Notes: generated from the sequence alone by a model not told the origin. Shown: positions 27,771 through 38,569, numbered from the stretch's first letter. The stretch is 48,853 bases of DNA from a bacterium (GCA_030655095.1 JAURWF010000062.1:1-48853), one strand, 5' to 3'. Numbers and translations: made by a program.

Positions 27771-29453
27771 ATGTTTAATAAATTTAGTAAAAAAAATCAT
27801 AAGATAATTATTGCTTTATTGCTTTATTGCTTTATTGCTTTTTTGTTTATTTTGATTACCCCAAATGTTTTAGCAGCAACAATTGATCCTGGACTAGAAC
27901 AGATGACAGCAACGGGTTTGTCTGATCAAGACATAAGAATAACAATCGCAAATATTATTAGGGCTGTTATTGGGTTTTTAGGAATTATTGCTGTTGGATT
28001 AGTTTTGTATGCTGGTTGGCTGTGGATGACTAGCGAGGGAGAGGAAGATAAAGTTGAGAAAGCTAAATTAATTTTGAAAAATGCTTTAATTGGTTTAATT
28101 ATTATTTTATCATCTTTTGCTATTGTATCTTTTATTTTAAATAAATTAATTGAATCAACTGCTGGTGGCGGTGGTAGTGTTGGAGGCGGACCAGGCGGTG
28201 GTGTAAGTGGCGGGATTGCTGCTTTGGGTAGTGGAATTATTGAATTTCATTATCCTGGCAAAGATCAAAAAGCTGTGCCACGAAATACTAATATATCTAT
28301 TACTTTTAAAGAGGCAATTAATCCTGCTGCTATCATAACTAATAATAAAATAAATACTAGTAATATTAAAATTTATAAAACAAAAGACGGCTTAACTGGC
28401 TCAATGGTTACTGATGTTAATGCTAGCAAAAGTGCAGATAATAAAACTTTTATTTTTGACCCTTCTCAATTTTTAGGTAGCTCTGCTGAAAATTTTTGGT
28501 ACACAGTGGCTTTATCAAAAGATATAAAAACAACAAGAGATGTGTTTGCTTTTGGTGTATTGTCGGGGTTGTTTCCTTATAGTTGGAGCTTTGAAGTAAG
28601 TACTATTGTTGACGAAACTCCGCCAAAAATTGAAAGTATTATTCCTCAACCTAGCGCTACTGAGCCTAGAAATGTTGTTATTCAGATTAATTTTGACGAA
28701 GCTATTAATTCGATGTCAGCTAGTGGCGCGACTAAAAAGGGTTTTAATAATATTGTAGTTAGCGCTTCTTCCACCGGCAATGCTAGCAGTTTAGTCGCAG
28801 GTAATTTTTATTTGTCTAACCAATATAGAACAGTTGAATTTCTTACAGAAGATAAATGTGGGGTTAATTCTTGCGGTTTAGATGTTTATTGTTTGCCTGG
28901 CAATAAAGATATATCTGTTTTAGTTAAAGCAGATGATCCTACGACCTCTCTTTACAATGGAATAGTTGATATGTCTGATAATTCTTTAGACGGTAATAAA
29001 GATGGCGTTGTGCAAGGTCCAACAGCAGATAATTATGCTTGGTTATTTAAGACTAGTAATGACATTGATACTTCTCCGCCAGTAATTACTAAAGTAAATC
29101 CAAATATAAATTCTGACGGAGCAGGTTTAAGCGCTACAGTTGAAGCTGAATTTAATAAATTAATGATGGCTAATAGTTTAAATAGCGATAGTCTTAATTT
29201 GGTTGGCACGCCAGTTATAAATTATTGGATTAGCAAGACTGATGATGCAAGCACTAGTAAAACTACTGTTATTTTTAATCACGATCAATTTAATGAGGAT
29301 AGTAGGTATTCTCCAAAAATTACTTCTGCCGTGAAAGACGTTTACCAAAATTGTTATTTTCCATGTTCAGGCGTAAATGAGACTGGTTCAAATGTACAAG
29401 GCGGTCCGTCTTGTTGTAACGGCGTGGCTAATTTAGGAGCTGTTTGCCCGTGA
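27771..29453 (+). CDS. VirB2/TrbC-like pilin domain fused through a Gly linker to three Ig-like (Big_5-type) domains
   Basis: Signal peptide; two-helix hydrophobic pilin (IANII...GFLGIIAV.L..YAG..WMT..G.E.KV.KAK); PRNT.I.ITF, PRNVVIQINFDE and V.AEFNK.M repeats; C-terminal cysteines. Confidence 0.75.
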   Translation: MFNKFSKKNHKIIIALLLYCFIAFLFILITPNVLAATIDPGLEQMTATGLSDQDIRITIANIIRAVIGFLGIIAVGLVLYAGWLWMTSEGEEDKVEKAKLILKNALIGLIIILSSFAIVSFILNKLIESTAGGGGSVGGGPGGGVSGGIAALGSGIIEFHYPGKDQKAVPRNTNISITFKEAINPAAIITNNKINTSNIKIYKTKDGLTGSMVTDVNASKSADNKTFIFDPSQFLGSSAENFWYTVALSKDIKTTRDVFAFGVLSGLFPYSWSFEVSTIVDETPPKIESIIPQPSATEPRNVVIQINFDEAINSMSASGATKKGFNNIVVSASSTGNASSLVAGNFYLSNQYRTVEFLTEDKCGVNSCGLDVYCLPGNKDISVLVKADDPTTSLYNGIVDMSDNSLDGNKDGVVQGPTADNYAWLFKTSNDIDTSPPVITKVNPNINSDGAGLSATVEAEFNKLMMANSLNSDSLNLVGTPVINYWISKTDDASTSKTTVIFNHDQFNEDSRYSPKITSAVKDVYQNCYFPCSGVNETGSNVQGGPSCCNGVANLGAVCP

Positions 29454-29538
29454 TTTATTAGTTAATAAGGTATTTAAATGTAGCTTTGATAACGTTGATA
29501 ATAACTTTAGATAAATACAAAAATTTAATTTTTGTTTT

Positions 29539-30378
29539 ATGATTAATGAAATTACAACAAAAATAGCTTTATTTAAAGGAAAAGAAATCAGAAAAACTAT
29601 TTATCAAAATGAATGGTGGTTTTCTGTTTATGATGTTGTAGGCGCATTAACTGATAGTAAAAACTCAAGAGATTATTTTAATAAAGTATTATTGCGCGAC
29701 GAAATTCTTAAATCAACCTATGGACAATTTGTCCATAGGTTGCCATTAATAGCAGATGATGGGAAAATACGCGATCAAGTATGCGCTAATGCTGAAGGAA
29801 TTTTTCGTATAATTCAATCCATTCCATCTCCAAAAGCTGAACTATTTAAGCGTTGGCTGGCAAAAGTTGGCTATGAAAGAATGAAGGAAATTGAAAATCC
29901 TGAACTTGCTACCAAAAGAACAAGAATGTTGTATAAAATTAAAGGTTATAGTGAAGATTGGATAGAAAAGCGAATGCGTGGAATCGTTATTCGAGAGGAA
30001 TTAACAGATGAATGGCAAAAACGAGGAGCTCAAGAGCAAAAAGATTATGAAATTCTTACGGCTGAAATTTCTAAAGCCACTTTTGGAGTTACTCCAAGCG
30101 AGTATAAAAAAATCAAGGGACTTAAACGAGAAAATTTACGTGATCATATGGATGATTTTGAATTAATTTTTAATATGCTCGGAGAACGCGCGACAACAGA
30201 AATTCACAAGACAGAGGATTCAAAAGGTATGAGTAAACTCCAGAAAGATGCTAAAATTGGCGGTGATATTGCTGGCGGAGCAAGAAGAAAATTAGAACAA
30301 CGACTTAGACGTTCTATAGTATCAAAAAAGAATTTTTTAAATAAGCCAGAAAATAAAAAAATATTAAAAAAATATTAA
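29539..30378 (+). CDS. Bro-N domain protein (phage antirepressor-like)
   Basis: IRK....EWWFSV.DVV..LT, RIIQSIPSPKAE.FK.WLA.VG.ER, LRDHM...EL. Confidence 0.85.
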   Translation: MINEITTKIALFKGKEIRKTIYQNEWWFSVYDVVGALTDSKNSRDYFNKVLLRDEILKSTYGQFVHRLPLIADDGKIRDQVCANAEGIFRIIQSIPSPKAELFKRWLAKVGYERMKEIENPELATKRTRMLYKIKGYSEDWIEKRMRGIVIREELTDEWQKRGAQEQKDYEILTAEISKATFGVTPSEYKKIKGLKRENLRDHMDDFELIFNMLGERATTEIHKTEDSKGMSKLQKDAKIGGDIAGGARRKLEQRLRRSIVSKKNFLNKPENKKILKKY

Positions 30379-30398
30379 TTTAATAACTAACAGAATCT

Positions 30399-32105
30399 AT
30401 GAAAAAAGCAATTTTTTTATTATCGTTGGTGTTAATTTTAAGTGTGGGATTTTTTTCAACAACAACGCAAATTTTTGCTGAAAGTTTATCTAATAAATTA
30501 AAAGGGAAAATATTATTGCAAGTGGAATCAAGAGGCGAGGCTTGGTATGTTTCTCCTGCTGATGGAAAAAGATATAGTATGGGCAAGCCAAAAGATGCTT
30601 TTGATTTAATACGCAAATTAGGAATTGGCATTAGCAATGATAATTTAAAGAAAATCCAAATAGCAGATGAAAATTTAGTTGGTCTTGATAGTGATAACGA
30701 TGGTCTTTCTGATATGGCGGAAGATTCAATCGGGACAGATAAAAATAATAAAGACAGTGACGGAGATGGATATGATGATAAAAAAGAAGTAATAAATGGA
30801 TATAATCCTATCGGAGCTGGTAAAATATTAATTGATAGTAAGCTCGCTAAACAACAATCAGGAAAAATATTATTACAAGTGGAATCAAAAGGCGAGGCTT
30901 GGTATGTAAATCCGAAGAATAATCAAAGAATTTTTTTAGGCAGACCTACTGATGCTTTTAATTTAATGCGCAAATTAGGTTTGGGTATTTCTAATAATGA
31001 TTTAAGTAAAATTGTTATCCAGTCTAATGCGATAATAGTGCATTCAATTGGTATAAAAGAAGCAAAGATACGGGCAGAAAAGTTTATTAATGAAAAGTTA
31101 TTGTCATCTAATGTAACAGCTACTATTAAAAGTATTGTCTTAGAAGGTGGTTTATATAAAATTATTCTAGAAGTAGGGAATAGTGAATATACTTCTTATA
31201 TGACTAGTGATGGTAAAAAATTTTTTCAAGCAGGTACTGATTTAATTAAAGAAAAGCCTATAGAAATAAACGATTTAGATGTTTGTGATAAGATGCAGGA
31301 TCAAAGTAAAAAATATGAATGTTATTATGAAATTGCTATAGATAAACAAGATTCATCTATTTGTGATAAAATACAGAATCAAGATGATAAAGGCGAATGT
31401 TATTCTTATATTGCGGAAGCTAAACAAGATTTAACTATTTGTGATAAAATACAGAATCAAGATGATAAAGATATGTGTTATTATACAATTGTTATTATTA
31501 AACGAGATTTAGCAGGTTGTGGTAAGATACAAAGTCAAATAATTAAAGGAGGATGTTATACTAGCATAGCTGTAGTTGGGCAGGATTGTGATGAAATACA
31601 GAATCAAGATGATAAAGATATGTGTTATATGGCATATTATGGAAAAGATGTTGCTGAAAATAAAGCTAGAGATGCAAAACGTATTAGCGATATTAAACAA
31701 ATACAGACAGGCTTAGAACTATATTATAATGATATGAGTACATATCCAAACGCTACAAAAATTATTATAAAAGATCTCTGTTTGTCTGCAAACAAGGATT
31801 TAATAACAGGTAATGGATTTTATTCTTCTTGTGTTACTGGCGGTATAAAATATATGAGTCAAGTTCCAACAGCGCCATTGCCAGTTGATGGCAGTTGTAC
31901 TGCTGATAATAACCAATATATTTATCTTTCAACTAATGAAGAAGGTACCGTCATTTGTAAAACTGGAACACAACAAGCTCAATGTCAAAATTATATGTTG
32001 CAATTTTGTACAGGCGAATCTAATGGTTTAATTTCTGCAGGCTTGCATTGCGCCACTTCTAGCGGTATTTCAAATAAGGCATGTTCTTTTCCTGTTATTA
32101 AATAA
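30399..32105 (+). CDS. Secreted mosaic protein: two LLQVE..GEAWYV repeats, TSP3-like Ca-binding repeats, five ~26-aa Cys-pair repeats and a C-terminal GspG/type IV pilin-like globular domain
   Basis: Signal peptide; DSDNDGLSD and DSDGDGYDD; CDKIQNQDDK.ECY repeats; KARDAKRISDIKQIQTGLELYYND. Confidence 0.7.
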   Translation: MKKAIFLLSLVLILSVGFFSTTTQIFAESLSNKLKGKILLQVESRGEAWYVSPADGKRYSMGKPKDAFDLIRKLGIGISNDNLKKIQIADENLVGLDSDNDGLSDMAEDSIGTDKNNKDSDGDGYDDKKEVINGYNPIGAGKILIDSKLAKQQSGKILLQVESKGEAWYVNPKNNQRIFLGRPTDAFNLMRKLGLGISNNDLSKIVIQSNAIIVHSIGIKEAKIRAEKFINEKLLSSNVTATIKSIVLEGGLYKIILEVGNSEYTSYMTSDGKKFFQAGTDLIKEKPIEINDLDVCDKMQDQSKKYECYYEIAIDKQDSSICDKIQNQDDKGECYSYIAEAKQDLTICDKIQNQDDKDMCYYTIVIIKRDLAGCGKIQSQIIKGGCYTSIAVVGQDCDEIQNQDDKDMCYMAYYGKDVAENKARDAKRISDIKQIQTGLELYYNDMSTYPNATKIIIKDLCLSANKDLITGNGFYSSCVTGGIKYMSQVPTAPLPVDGSCTADNNQYIYLSTNEEGTVICKTGTQQAQCQNYMLQFCTGESNGLISAGLHCATSSGISNKACSFPVIK

Positions 32106-32118
32106 ATTTAGAATTTTA

Positions 32119-32149
32119 TGCCGAATATGATATTCGGCAACAGACTCCT
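32119..32149. repeat. Small perfect palindrome (terminator-like or REP-like) upstream of the HEPN/MNT pair
   Basis: TGCCGAATAT-G-ATATTCGGCA followed by ACAGACTCC. Confidence 0.5.
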
Positions 32150-32204
32150 ATGTTGTACTAGCGCTAGAATGGACAAAAGGGTGATTTCACATTAAACTAA
32201 AATT

Positions 32205-32603
32205 ATGACTAAAATTAATGAGCAAATTAATTATTGGGAAAAATCTGCTGAGCGAAATTTAAAAACTGCTTTAAGTTTATTTAAAACTAAACATTATGAT
32301 GCTTGTCTTTTTTTCTGTCATTTAACTTTAGAAAAGCTATTAAAAGGATTAGTTGTTAAACAAATTAAAAAAGCGGCTCCGTATATTCATGACTTAGAAA
32401 GATTAACTCTCTTAATTAAATTATCATTTACAAAAGATCAAATTGAAAATATAAAAATTATTTCTGAGTTTAGTCTTGCTGGTCGGTATGATGATGAAAA
32501 GTTTGCGTTTTATAAAAAATGCACTAAAAAATATACAGAAAAATATCTCAATATTTCTAAAGAGTTATATTTATGGTTAAAAGAACAATACCAAAAAAAG
32601 TAA
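32205..32603 (+). CDS. HEPN domain protein
   Basis: W...A...L..A..L, F.CH..LEK.LK, HDL..L, RY motif. Confidence 0.88.
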   Translation: MTKINEQINYWEKSAERNLKTALSLFKTKHYDACLFFCHLTLEKLLKGLVVKQIKKAAPYIHDLERLTLLIKLSFTKDQIENIKIISEFSLAGRYDDEKFAFYKKCTKKYTEKYLNISKELYLWLKEQYQKK

Positions 32604-32905
32604 AAAAAGAAATTAATAAATATATTAAAATCTTAAAGGCTGATAAATTGCCGATTAAGAAAATTATTTTATTCGGTTCTTATGCTAAAGGAGAACAACA
32701 TGAATGGAGTGACATTGATTTATGTATTATTTCTCCTAAATTTAAAGATGCCTTTGAGGCATTGCAGTATCTTTGGTTAAAAAGAAAAATTTTTGATATT
32801 CAATATGTTATTGAGCCAATTGGTTTTAGTCCAAAAGATTTTAAAGATAAATATAGCTCTCTTGTTTATGAAATAAAAACAACAGGAATTGAAATTTTAG
32901 TATAA
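32573..32905 (+). CDS. Minimal nucleotidyltransferase (MNT), partner of the HEPN protein
   Basis: ILFGSYAKG....SDIDL; overlaps the HEPN gene. Confidence 0.9.
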   Translation: MVKRTIPKKVKKEINKYIKILKADKLPIKKIILFGSYAKGEQHEWSDIDLCIISPKFKDAFEALQYLWLKRKIFDIQYVIEPIGFSPKDFKDKYSSLVYEIKTTGIEILV

Positions 32906-33015
32906 TTTTAATATTTTTATTTTTGTTCTTTTATCGGGTTTATAATGTGTGTGGACCTAAAATGCGATAAAATAAAAGATTAAAAGTCGCTTTAAGAGTT
33001 TATGAAAAAAAATAA

Positions 33016-36000
33016 ATGAAAAAAATAATTAAAAAAATATTAATTTTCTTTTGTTCGCTGATAGTTATAATGACAATGGCTCATTTTGCTTTGGCTTTGG
33101 ATCTTGGCATACAATATGGTGAAGCTACTGGATTGGGGCAAGAAGATCCTCGTATTATTGCTGCTAATATTATTAGAATCTTTTTTGGGTTTTTAGGAAT
33201 TATCGCTGTAGGTTTGATAATATATGCAGGTTGGTTGTATATGACTGCTGGCGGAGAAGAAGATAAAGTTGAAAAAGCTAAAAAGATTTTAATGGGAGCT
33301 GTTATCGGTATTATTATTTGCTTGGCGTCTTTTGCTATTGCTAGTTTTATTTTAAATAAATTATTAGATGCTACTGGCGCTGGCGGAGGGAGCGTAAATA
33401 CTGGCGGAGGTGGTGGAGGAATTGGCGGTGGCGGAGTAGGAGCGGCTTGTTATGTTGGGGGCACTGCTAGTAATTGCATTATCGCGAGCTCTACTTGTGA
33501 TATAATAGGATTAGTTTGTGATGCCACTACTTGCAAGTGTAAAAGCTCTGGTTTGCCAGGAGTAGACGAGGCTTGTTTAACAGATGCTTTGGACACAGAT
33601 TGTTCAGCTGGCATTTGTGCAACAGGATTGACTTGCAATAGTAGTGATTGTAAATGTAAAGAAACTAATTTGCCAAGTGCAGGTCAAAATTGTGATGCTG
33701 ATACTGGTCTTGCTGGTTGTCAGGCGACTGATTGTTCAAATAATTTAGTTTGTTCGGCAGACAATAGTTGCACTTGCGTCAAAACACCTTTGATTGCTTG
33801 GATAAGTCCTCTTGATGCTTCTAGTACGCCGAACGGGGCACCAGGAAATTTTATTACTATTGGCGGTCAATATTTTGGGACTTCTACTGGACAAGTGATT
33901 TTTCTTGGGGATACTAGCACTTCAACTGATGATAAAATCGCAACTTTTCCTAATCAAGTTAATTCTCAATGTACTAATTTTTGGCAAGACAATCAGATAA
34001 TTGTAGTAGTGCCTGTTGGCGCTACTACAGGTCCGATTAAAGTCCTTGACTCTACTAATCTTTGGGATACAACTGATAATAATCGCGGTCCTGCTATTAA
34101 TGATTTTACAATAAATAATATCAAACGACCTGGTTTGTGTTTAGTTAATCCAAATGTTGGTTCTTTTGATAACCTTATTGCTTTTTATGGGGTTAATCTT
34201 AATGGAATTAATGAAAAAGCTTTTTTTGGTAATAAAACTAACAATATATTGGCTAATGCTAGAGATTGGTCAAGAGTTTTAGTGCCTAATATTCAAGATG
34301 GTAGAACTTCAGTTTTTGCAACGGTTATATCAGGGAATACAAATTCAGCAGGCAGTACTTTACCCGCAGAAGATTCTAATAGTTTAGGATTTACAGTTAA
34401 AAATAATATTCAAGATAATCCATTTATTGATTATCTTACTCCGATAGAAGGACCAAAAGGTCGGTATATTACTATTTATGGGCGTAATTTTAAAAATTTT
34501 GATTCAGGGAAAAGTGTAGTAAAATTTTATTTGCCAACTGATCCAAATACAAAAATTAATGCCGGAGTAGATTTTCCAATACAGTGTCAAGGTAAATATT
34601 GGAATGATACTTATATTACAATTAAGGTTCCACAAGTAGCACCTCCTGGAGATTATAAGGTAATAGTAATTAATGAAAATAGTAGCACTAGCACTCCAGC
34701 AAATTTTAAAATTACAACAGGTAGTCCTAGTCCAGGTCTTTGTTTATTAGATCCATACAATGGTCCTGTCGGTCAATCTATTAATGCTTATGGTGAATAT
34801 TTTGGTGCTAGTCAAGGAGCTAATGGTCGCGCTGTTTTTTATAATAATGCTTCTAGCTCTCCTACTAGTTGGGCTGATCAAGCGATTAAGACTAATGTGC
34901 CTAGCGGAGCGCAAACAGGACCTTTTAAAATAATTAATAATCAAGTTGGCAATGCGTTGCCTTTTAAAGTTGGCGCTTGCGTTGCTAATACCGATTGTTT
35001 AAATAGTAGTACTGAAGAATGTTGTCCCAGCGGTACTTATAATGCAGGAATTTGTAAAACAGAAGGTGAATGTTCTTTAGGCGGGCCACAAAGTTGTACT
35101 TTTGGTTGGACTTTTTCTACTGCATTAGGAACAAGTACTCCTCTAACTTGCGGTGGTTATAGCGCAGCTAGCGCTTGCTCAGCTGTTGGTATGTGTCCTA
35201 ATGCTCGTGGTGAATGCCAAAGTAGAACTAATATTGAGACAGGATATTGCAGTGATAATAAGTGTAATGAAATCGCTAGCTCCAGTTGCGCTAGTCAGTG
35301 CGCTTATGATAAAGTTTTAAACAAATGTAAATTACTAGGTAAAGTTTGCGATGTGAAAGATACGACTTTAGTTGCCGGATTTACTGCTGAATGTCGTAAA
35401 GTAGGAGCTAAAAATATTTGGCAGATTAACACAAAAGACGCTTCTTGTCCGAATGGGGCTTCTTCACCTATTAATGGTTGGTGTTCTGTTGGCGATTTAG
35501 GCTTTCCGATTGAATGCGTCTCGTCTTCATGTCCAGCAGGTCTTACTTGCCAATCAGGGCAATGCGTAATTTCGTCTTCAGGATGTTCAAATGGATCTTT
35601 TTGCGGTATTGGTGGTAAATGTATAAAAGGATATGGGGTTGGGAGAGAAGATAGTGTTTGCGAATGTTGTTGTCGTGTAGCTAATAGCGCTCAAGATTGT
35701 TGCGCTGGTTTGACTTGCAAAGCAGGTGGTTGTGGTGTTGGCGCGCCAGATTATGGTTTATGTACTGGCTGTAAAGTAATAATTAATGGACAGGTTAACC
35801 AATCTTTAAGTGATCAAACTTGTAATTGCACAGGAAAGACTACTAGATATTGCGATTTAACAGATTTAGCTAATCCATCTGGTGTTTGTAAAGATCAAGC
35901 AGTTGCTGGTCAGAATTGTTATGTTGGTGGTGTTGCTGGTGCTTGCACGGCAAGTTCTACTTGCGCTAGTAGTCTTAGTTGTAATCGAGCGACTTGTAAA

Positions 36001-38457
36001 TGTGAAACAATAAATAATCAATGTGCATCTAATCAAACAGTGTGTAGTTCTTCTTGTTGCACCCAGGGTGAAAGTTGTGATGTTAATGGTAATAGTGGGC
36101 GAGGAAAATGTGGTGATACTTTATGTCAAGGAGCTACTTGTGGCGGTAATTGTTGTGTAGGCGCGACTAGTTGTGCTAGCGGAGCTTGTCCATCAGTCGC
36201 TGGTGCAGCTTGTTATGTTGGTGGTGGTGTCGGCGCTTGTAATATTGCAAGCTCTACTTGCGCTAGTAATCTTAGTTGCAATACAACAAATTGTACTTGT
36301 GAGTCATCCATTTCTTTTCCTCAATTTGGTCAAACTTGCGCTAAAAAAGCAACAACTACAGTAACTTGTGATATTGGTGTTTGCACAGGTTTTTCTTGTT
36401 TAAATGCAACTAGCAGTAGCCCTTTAGCACCATCAAGCTTAGTATCGTGTGGCACTTGTTGTTGTGATCCGACTCTTTCTGCGACTAATGATCAATGTAA
36501 AATCGTTAATCCTAAATTATCTTGTTTAAAAAATAAAGGTAATTGTAGTGGAAGCGGTCGCGGACTTTGTTGTGGCTGTGTTAGAGATGATGAATGTGGT
36601 AATTCTTCTACCGCTGGTTGTAGTAATGATACTTGTTGTAGCGCTAGACCTAGAGTCAATGCACTTACAACCCCAACCAATAATGAAACAGGTGTTTGTC
36701 GCAATACTGTGATAGAAGCAACTTTTGATCAGATTATGGATATTACTAGTTTTAATAATAATATGTTTTTAATTGGTGATTATGGTGCTGATTTATGCCC
36801 TACAGGCACTAAATTTTTAGGAGAAAATATTAGCAAAAAAAGTAATAATATTTTTACAAGAGCTATTAAAAGAATTTTAATTTCTTTAGGAAAAATATTA
36901 AAGCCGATTTTAAGTGAAAAAGTATTAGCAGCAATTAATAGTGCTCATACTTATTGCTTAATCAATGGCGCAATTGGTGGTTATAATGGCGTTGCCAGTA
37001 CAACTGTTATTACTTTTGCTTTGCAAAAAGCTCTTGATGCTGAGCGTGAATATTCTGTTATTATTCAAGGTGATGCTTCTACTACAGATAGTGTTAAAGA
37101 AGGAGTTTTAGGTATTTCTGGCGTAAGTATGAAAGGCACTTCTACTGAAACAATTAATGCTAAAACTTTTACTAATTCTAAAATTTGGTCATTTACTACT
37201 AGCAAAAATATTTGTCAGATAGATAGTGTAATTATTGATCCAATTAGTTATTTATTTCAGACTAGCGAGAATAATCCAGCTGATGATGATTCAGCAACTT
37301 CTACATACGACACAATAAATGATAGTGATAAAGTTTATCGCGCCAAGGCTTTAGCTCTTGATGGCCAGGAAATTTTACCTATTAATAATGTTTATAGCTG
37401 GAATTGGGATTGGACTATTGATAATAAGGAAATAGTAGATTTTAAAAATTTAAATAATACCAATCAACAGACTTTAGTTGCTCAAAATAAAAAAGATGGA
37501 AAAACTGTTGTGTATGCTAAAGCTATTATTACTGACGACAAAGTTATTAAACCGTCTACTGTTAATAAATTTAAAATTGGCAAAGCCAATGTTTATGTTT
37601 TAATGTGCGCTAATCCTTGGCCACCTATTAATAACAGTAATACTTGGTTGCCATGGCGTGATACGTCAGGTAATTGTAGTGCAGGTTTAAGCGGAACGGA
37701 TTGTTTTAATAATAATTTTGAATTTTATTATTGTCGTGATGCTGGTCAAGTAGGCACTGCTGATGATTTGCCAGCAATTTTAAAAGACACAACAGTTATT
37801 AGAGGCAATTATGGAGATCCTAATCCTTTGAAAGAATATTATTTTTTACGCGAGGATGTACCATCTATTACCGTCCTTTCAGTTTATGATCAAAGAAATA
37901 GTGGTAAAGTTGTCGCGGTATGGGAAGCTGTTAATGGAGCATCAGGTTATAAATTGTATTATGGTAAAGACAAAGGTCAATATGATAATTCCGTTGATGT
38001 AAATAATGTAGTTCCTGATGTGAATAATAAAATTTCAAGTCCAGTAATAGGTTTAATTAATAATCAGACTTATTATTTTGCTGTTTCAGCTTATTATAAA
38101 TCAACTGGAGCAGAAAGTATTTATTCTAATGAGGTCAGCATAATTCCGACTGACACTTCTGCGCCATCCGTGCCTACTGGTTTAATTGCTTCTTCAACAA
38201 ATCAAAAAGTAGAATTAACTTGGATAAAAGGCAGTGATGATGTTAATTATTATCGAGCTTTCTATGGCACAGCGAGAGGAGTTTATGGAGCTGAATCTGT
38301 TAAAGTTAGTTTAGCTGATAGTTGTTCAGCGACAATGTGCAAACTTATATTTGAGAATTTGGTTAATAATACAAATTATTATTTTGCAATAAAAGCGTTT
38401 GACGAGTATAATAATGGCAGTGTTGTTAGCGTTGAAGTTAGTGCTATGACGCAATAA
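33016..38457 (+). CDS. Giant (1813 aa) pilin-fused surface protein: VirB2/TrbC-like pilin, Gly linker, Cys-rich repeats, IPT/TIG domains, Ig-like domain, two fibronectin-III domains
   Basis: Pilin N-terminus paralogous to 27771; G..ITI.G..FG / W.D.QI...VP (IPT) repeats; CRNTVIEATFDQ; GYKLYYG, L.N...YYFAV.A (FN3). Confidence 0.8.
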   Translation: MKKIIKKILIFFCSLIVIMTMAHFALALDLGIQYGEATGLGQEDPRIIAANIIRIFFGFLGIIAVGLIIYAGWLYMTAGGEEDKVEKAKKILMGAVIGIIICLASFAIASFILNKLLDATGAGGGSVNTGGGGGGIGGGGVGAACYVGGTASNCIIASSTCDIIGLVCDATTCKCKSSGLPGVDEACLTDALDTDCSAGICATGLTCNSSDCKCKETNLPSAGQNCDADTGLAGCQATDCSNNLVCSADNSCTCVKTPLIAWISPLDASSTPNGAPGNFITIGGQYFGTSTGQVIFLGDTSTSTDDKIATFPNQVNSQCTNFWQDNQIIVVVPVGATTGPIKVLDSTNLWDTTDNNRGPAINDFTINNIKRPGLCLVNPNVGSFDNLIAFYGVNLNGINEKAFFGNKTNNILANARDWSRVLVPNIQDGRTSVFATVISGNTNSAGSTLPAEDSNSLGFTVKNNIQDNPFIDYLTPIEGPKGRYITIYGRNFKNFDSGKSVVKFYLPTDPNTKINAGVDFPIQCQGKYWNDTYITIKVPQVAPPGDYKVIVINENSSTSTPANFKITTGSPSPGLCLLDPYNGPVGQSINAYGEYFGASQGANGRAVFYNNASSSPTSWADQAIKTNVPSGAQTGPFKIINNQVGNALPFKVGACVANTDCLNSSTEECCPSGTYNAGICKTEGECSLGGPQSCTFGWTFSTALGTSTPLTCGGYSAASACSAVGMCPNARGECQSRTNIETGYCSDNKCNEIASSSCASQCAYDKVLNKCKLLGKVCDVKDTTLVAGFTAECRKVGAKNIWQINTKDASCPNGASSPINGWCSVGDLGFPIECVSSSCPAGLTCQSGQCVISSSGCSNGSFCGIGGKCIKGYGVGREDSVCECCCRVANSAQDCCAGLTCKAGGCGVGAPDYGLCTGCKVIINGQVNQSLSDQTCNCTGKTTRYCDLTDLANPSGVCKDQAVAGQNCYVGGVAGACTASSTCASSLSCNRATCKCETINNQCASNQTVCSSSCCTQGESCDVNGNSGRGKCGDTLCQGATCGGNCCVGATSCASGACPSVAGAACYVGGGVGACNIASSTCASNLSCNTTNCTCESSISFPQFGQTCAKKATTTVTCDIGVCTGFSCLNATSSSPLAPSSLVSCGTCCCDPTLSATNDQCKIVNPKLSCLKNKGNCSGSGRGLCCGCVRDDECGNSSTAGCSNDTCCSARPRVNALTTPTNNETGVCRNTVIEATFDQIMDITSFNNNMFLIGDYGADLCPTGTKFLGENISKKSNNIFTRAIKRILISLGKILKPILSEKVLAAINSAHTYCLINGAIGGYNGVASTTVITFALQKALDAEREYSVIIQGDASTTDSVKEGVLGISGVSMKGTSTETINAKTFTNSKIWSFTTSKNICQIDSVIIDPISYLFQTSENNPADDDSATSTYDTINDSDKVYRAKALALDGQEILPINNVYSWNWDWTIDNKEIVDFKNLNNTNQQTLVAQNKKDGKTVVYAKAIITDDKVIKPSTVNKFKIGKANVYVLMCANPWPPINNSNTWLPWRDTSGNCSAGLSGTDCFNNNFEFYYCRDAGQVGTADDLPAILKDTTVIRGNYGDPNPLKEYYFLREDVPSITVLSVYDQRNSGKVVAVWEAVNGASGYKLYYGKDKGQYDNSVDVNNVVPDVNNKISSPVIGLINNQTYYFAVSAYYKSTGAESIYSNEVSIIPTDTSAPSVPTGLIASSTNQKVELTWIKGSDDVNYYRAFYGTARGVYGAESVKVSLADSCSATMCKLIFENLVNNTNYYFAIKAFDEYNNGSVVSVEVSAMTQ

Positions 38458-38509
38458 TTTGTCTGAACCACTGACAGTTTCTGAGGGGCACTGAAAATAC
38501 TGAGAATTT

Positions 38510-38541
38510 CAAATACAAATACAAATTACAAATTACAAATT
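38510..38541 (+). repeat. CAAATA/CAAATTA 6-7-mer tandem array
   Basis: caaata caaata caaatta caaatta caaatt. Confidence 0.75.
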
Positions 38542-38569
38542 AATTACTAAAAAAACTAATAATAAATTT

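Noticed and set aside
29539..30378. Prophage suggested by the Bro-N antirepressor
   Set aside because: No structural, terminase or integrase genes; the gene is solitary.
27771..38457. Diversity-generating retroelement acting on the pilin or Cys-rich genes
   Set aside because: No reverse transcriptase is present, and the repeated segments do not show adenine-specific differences.
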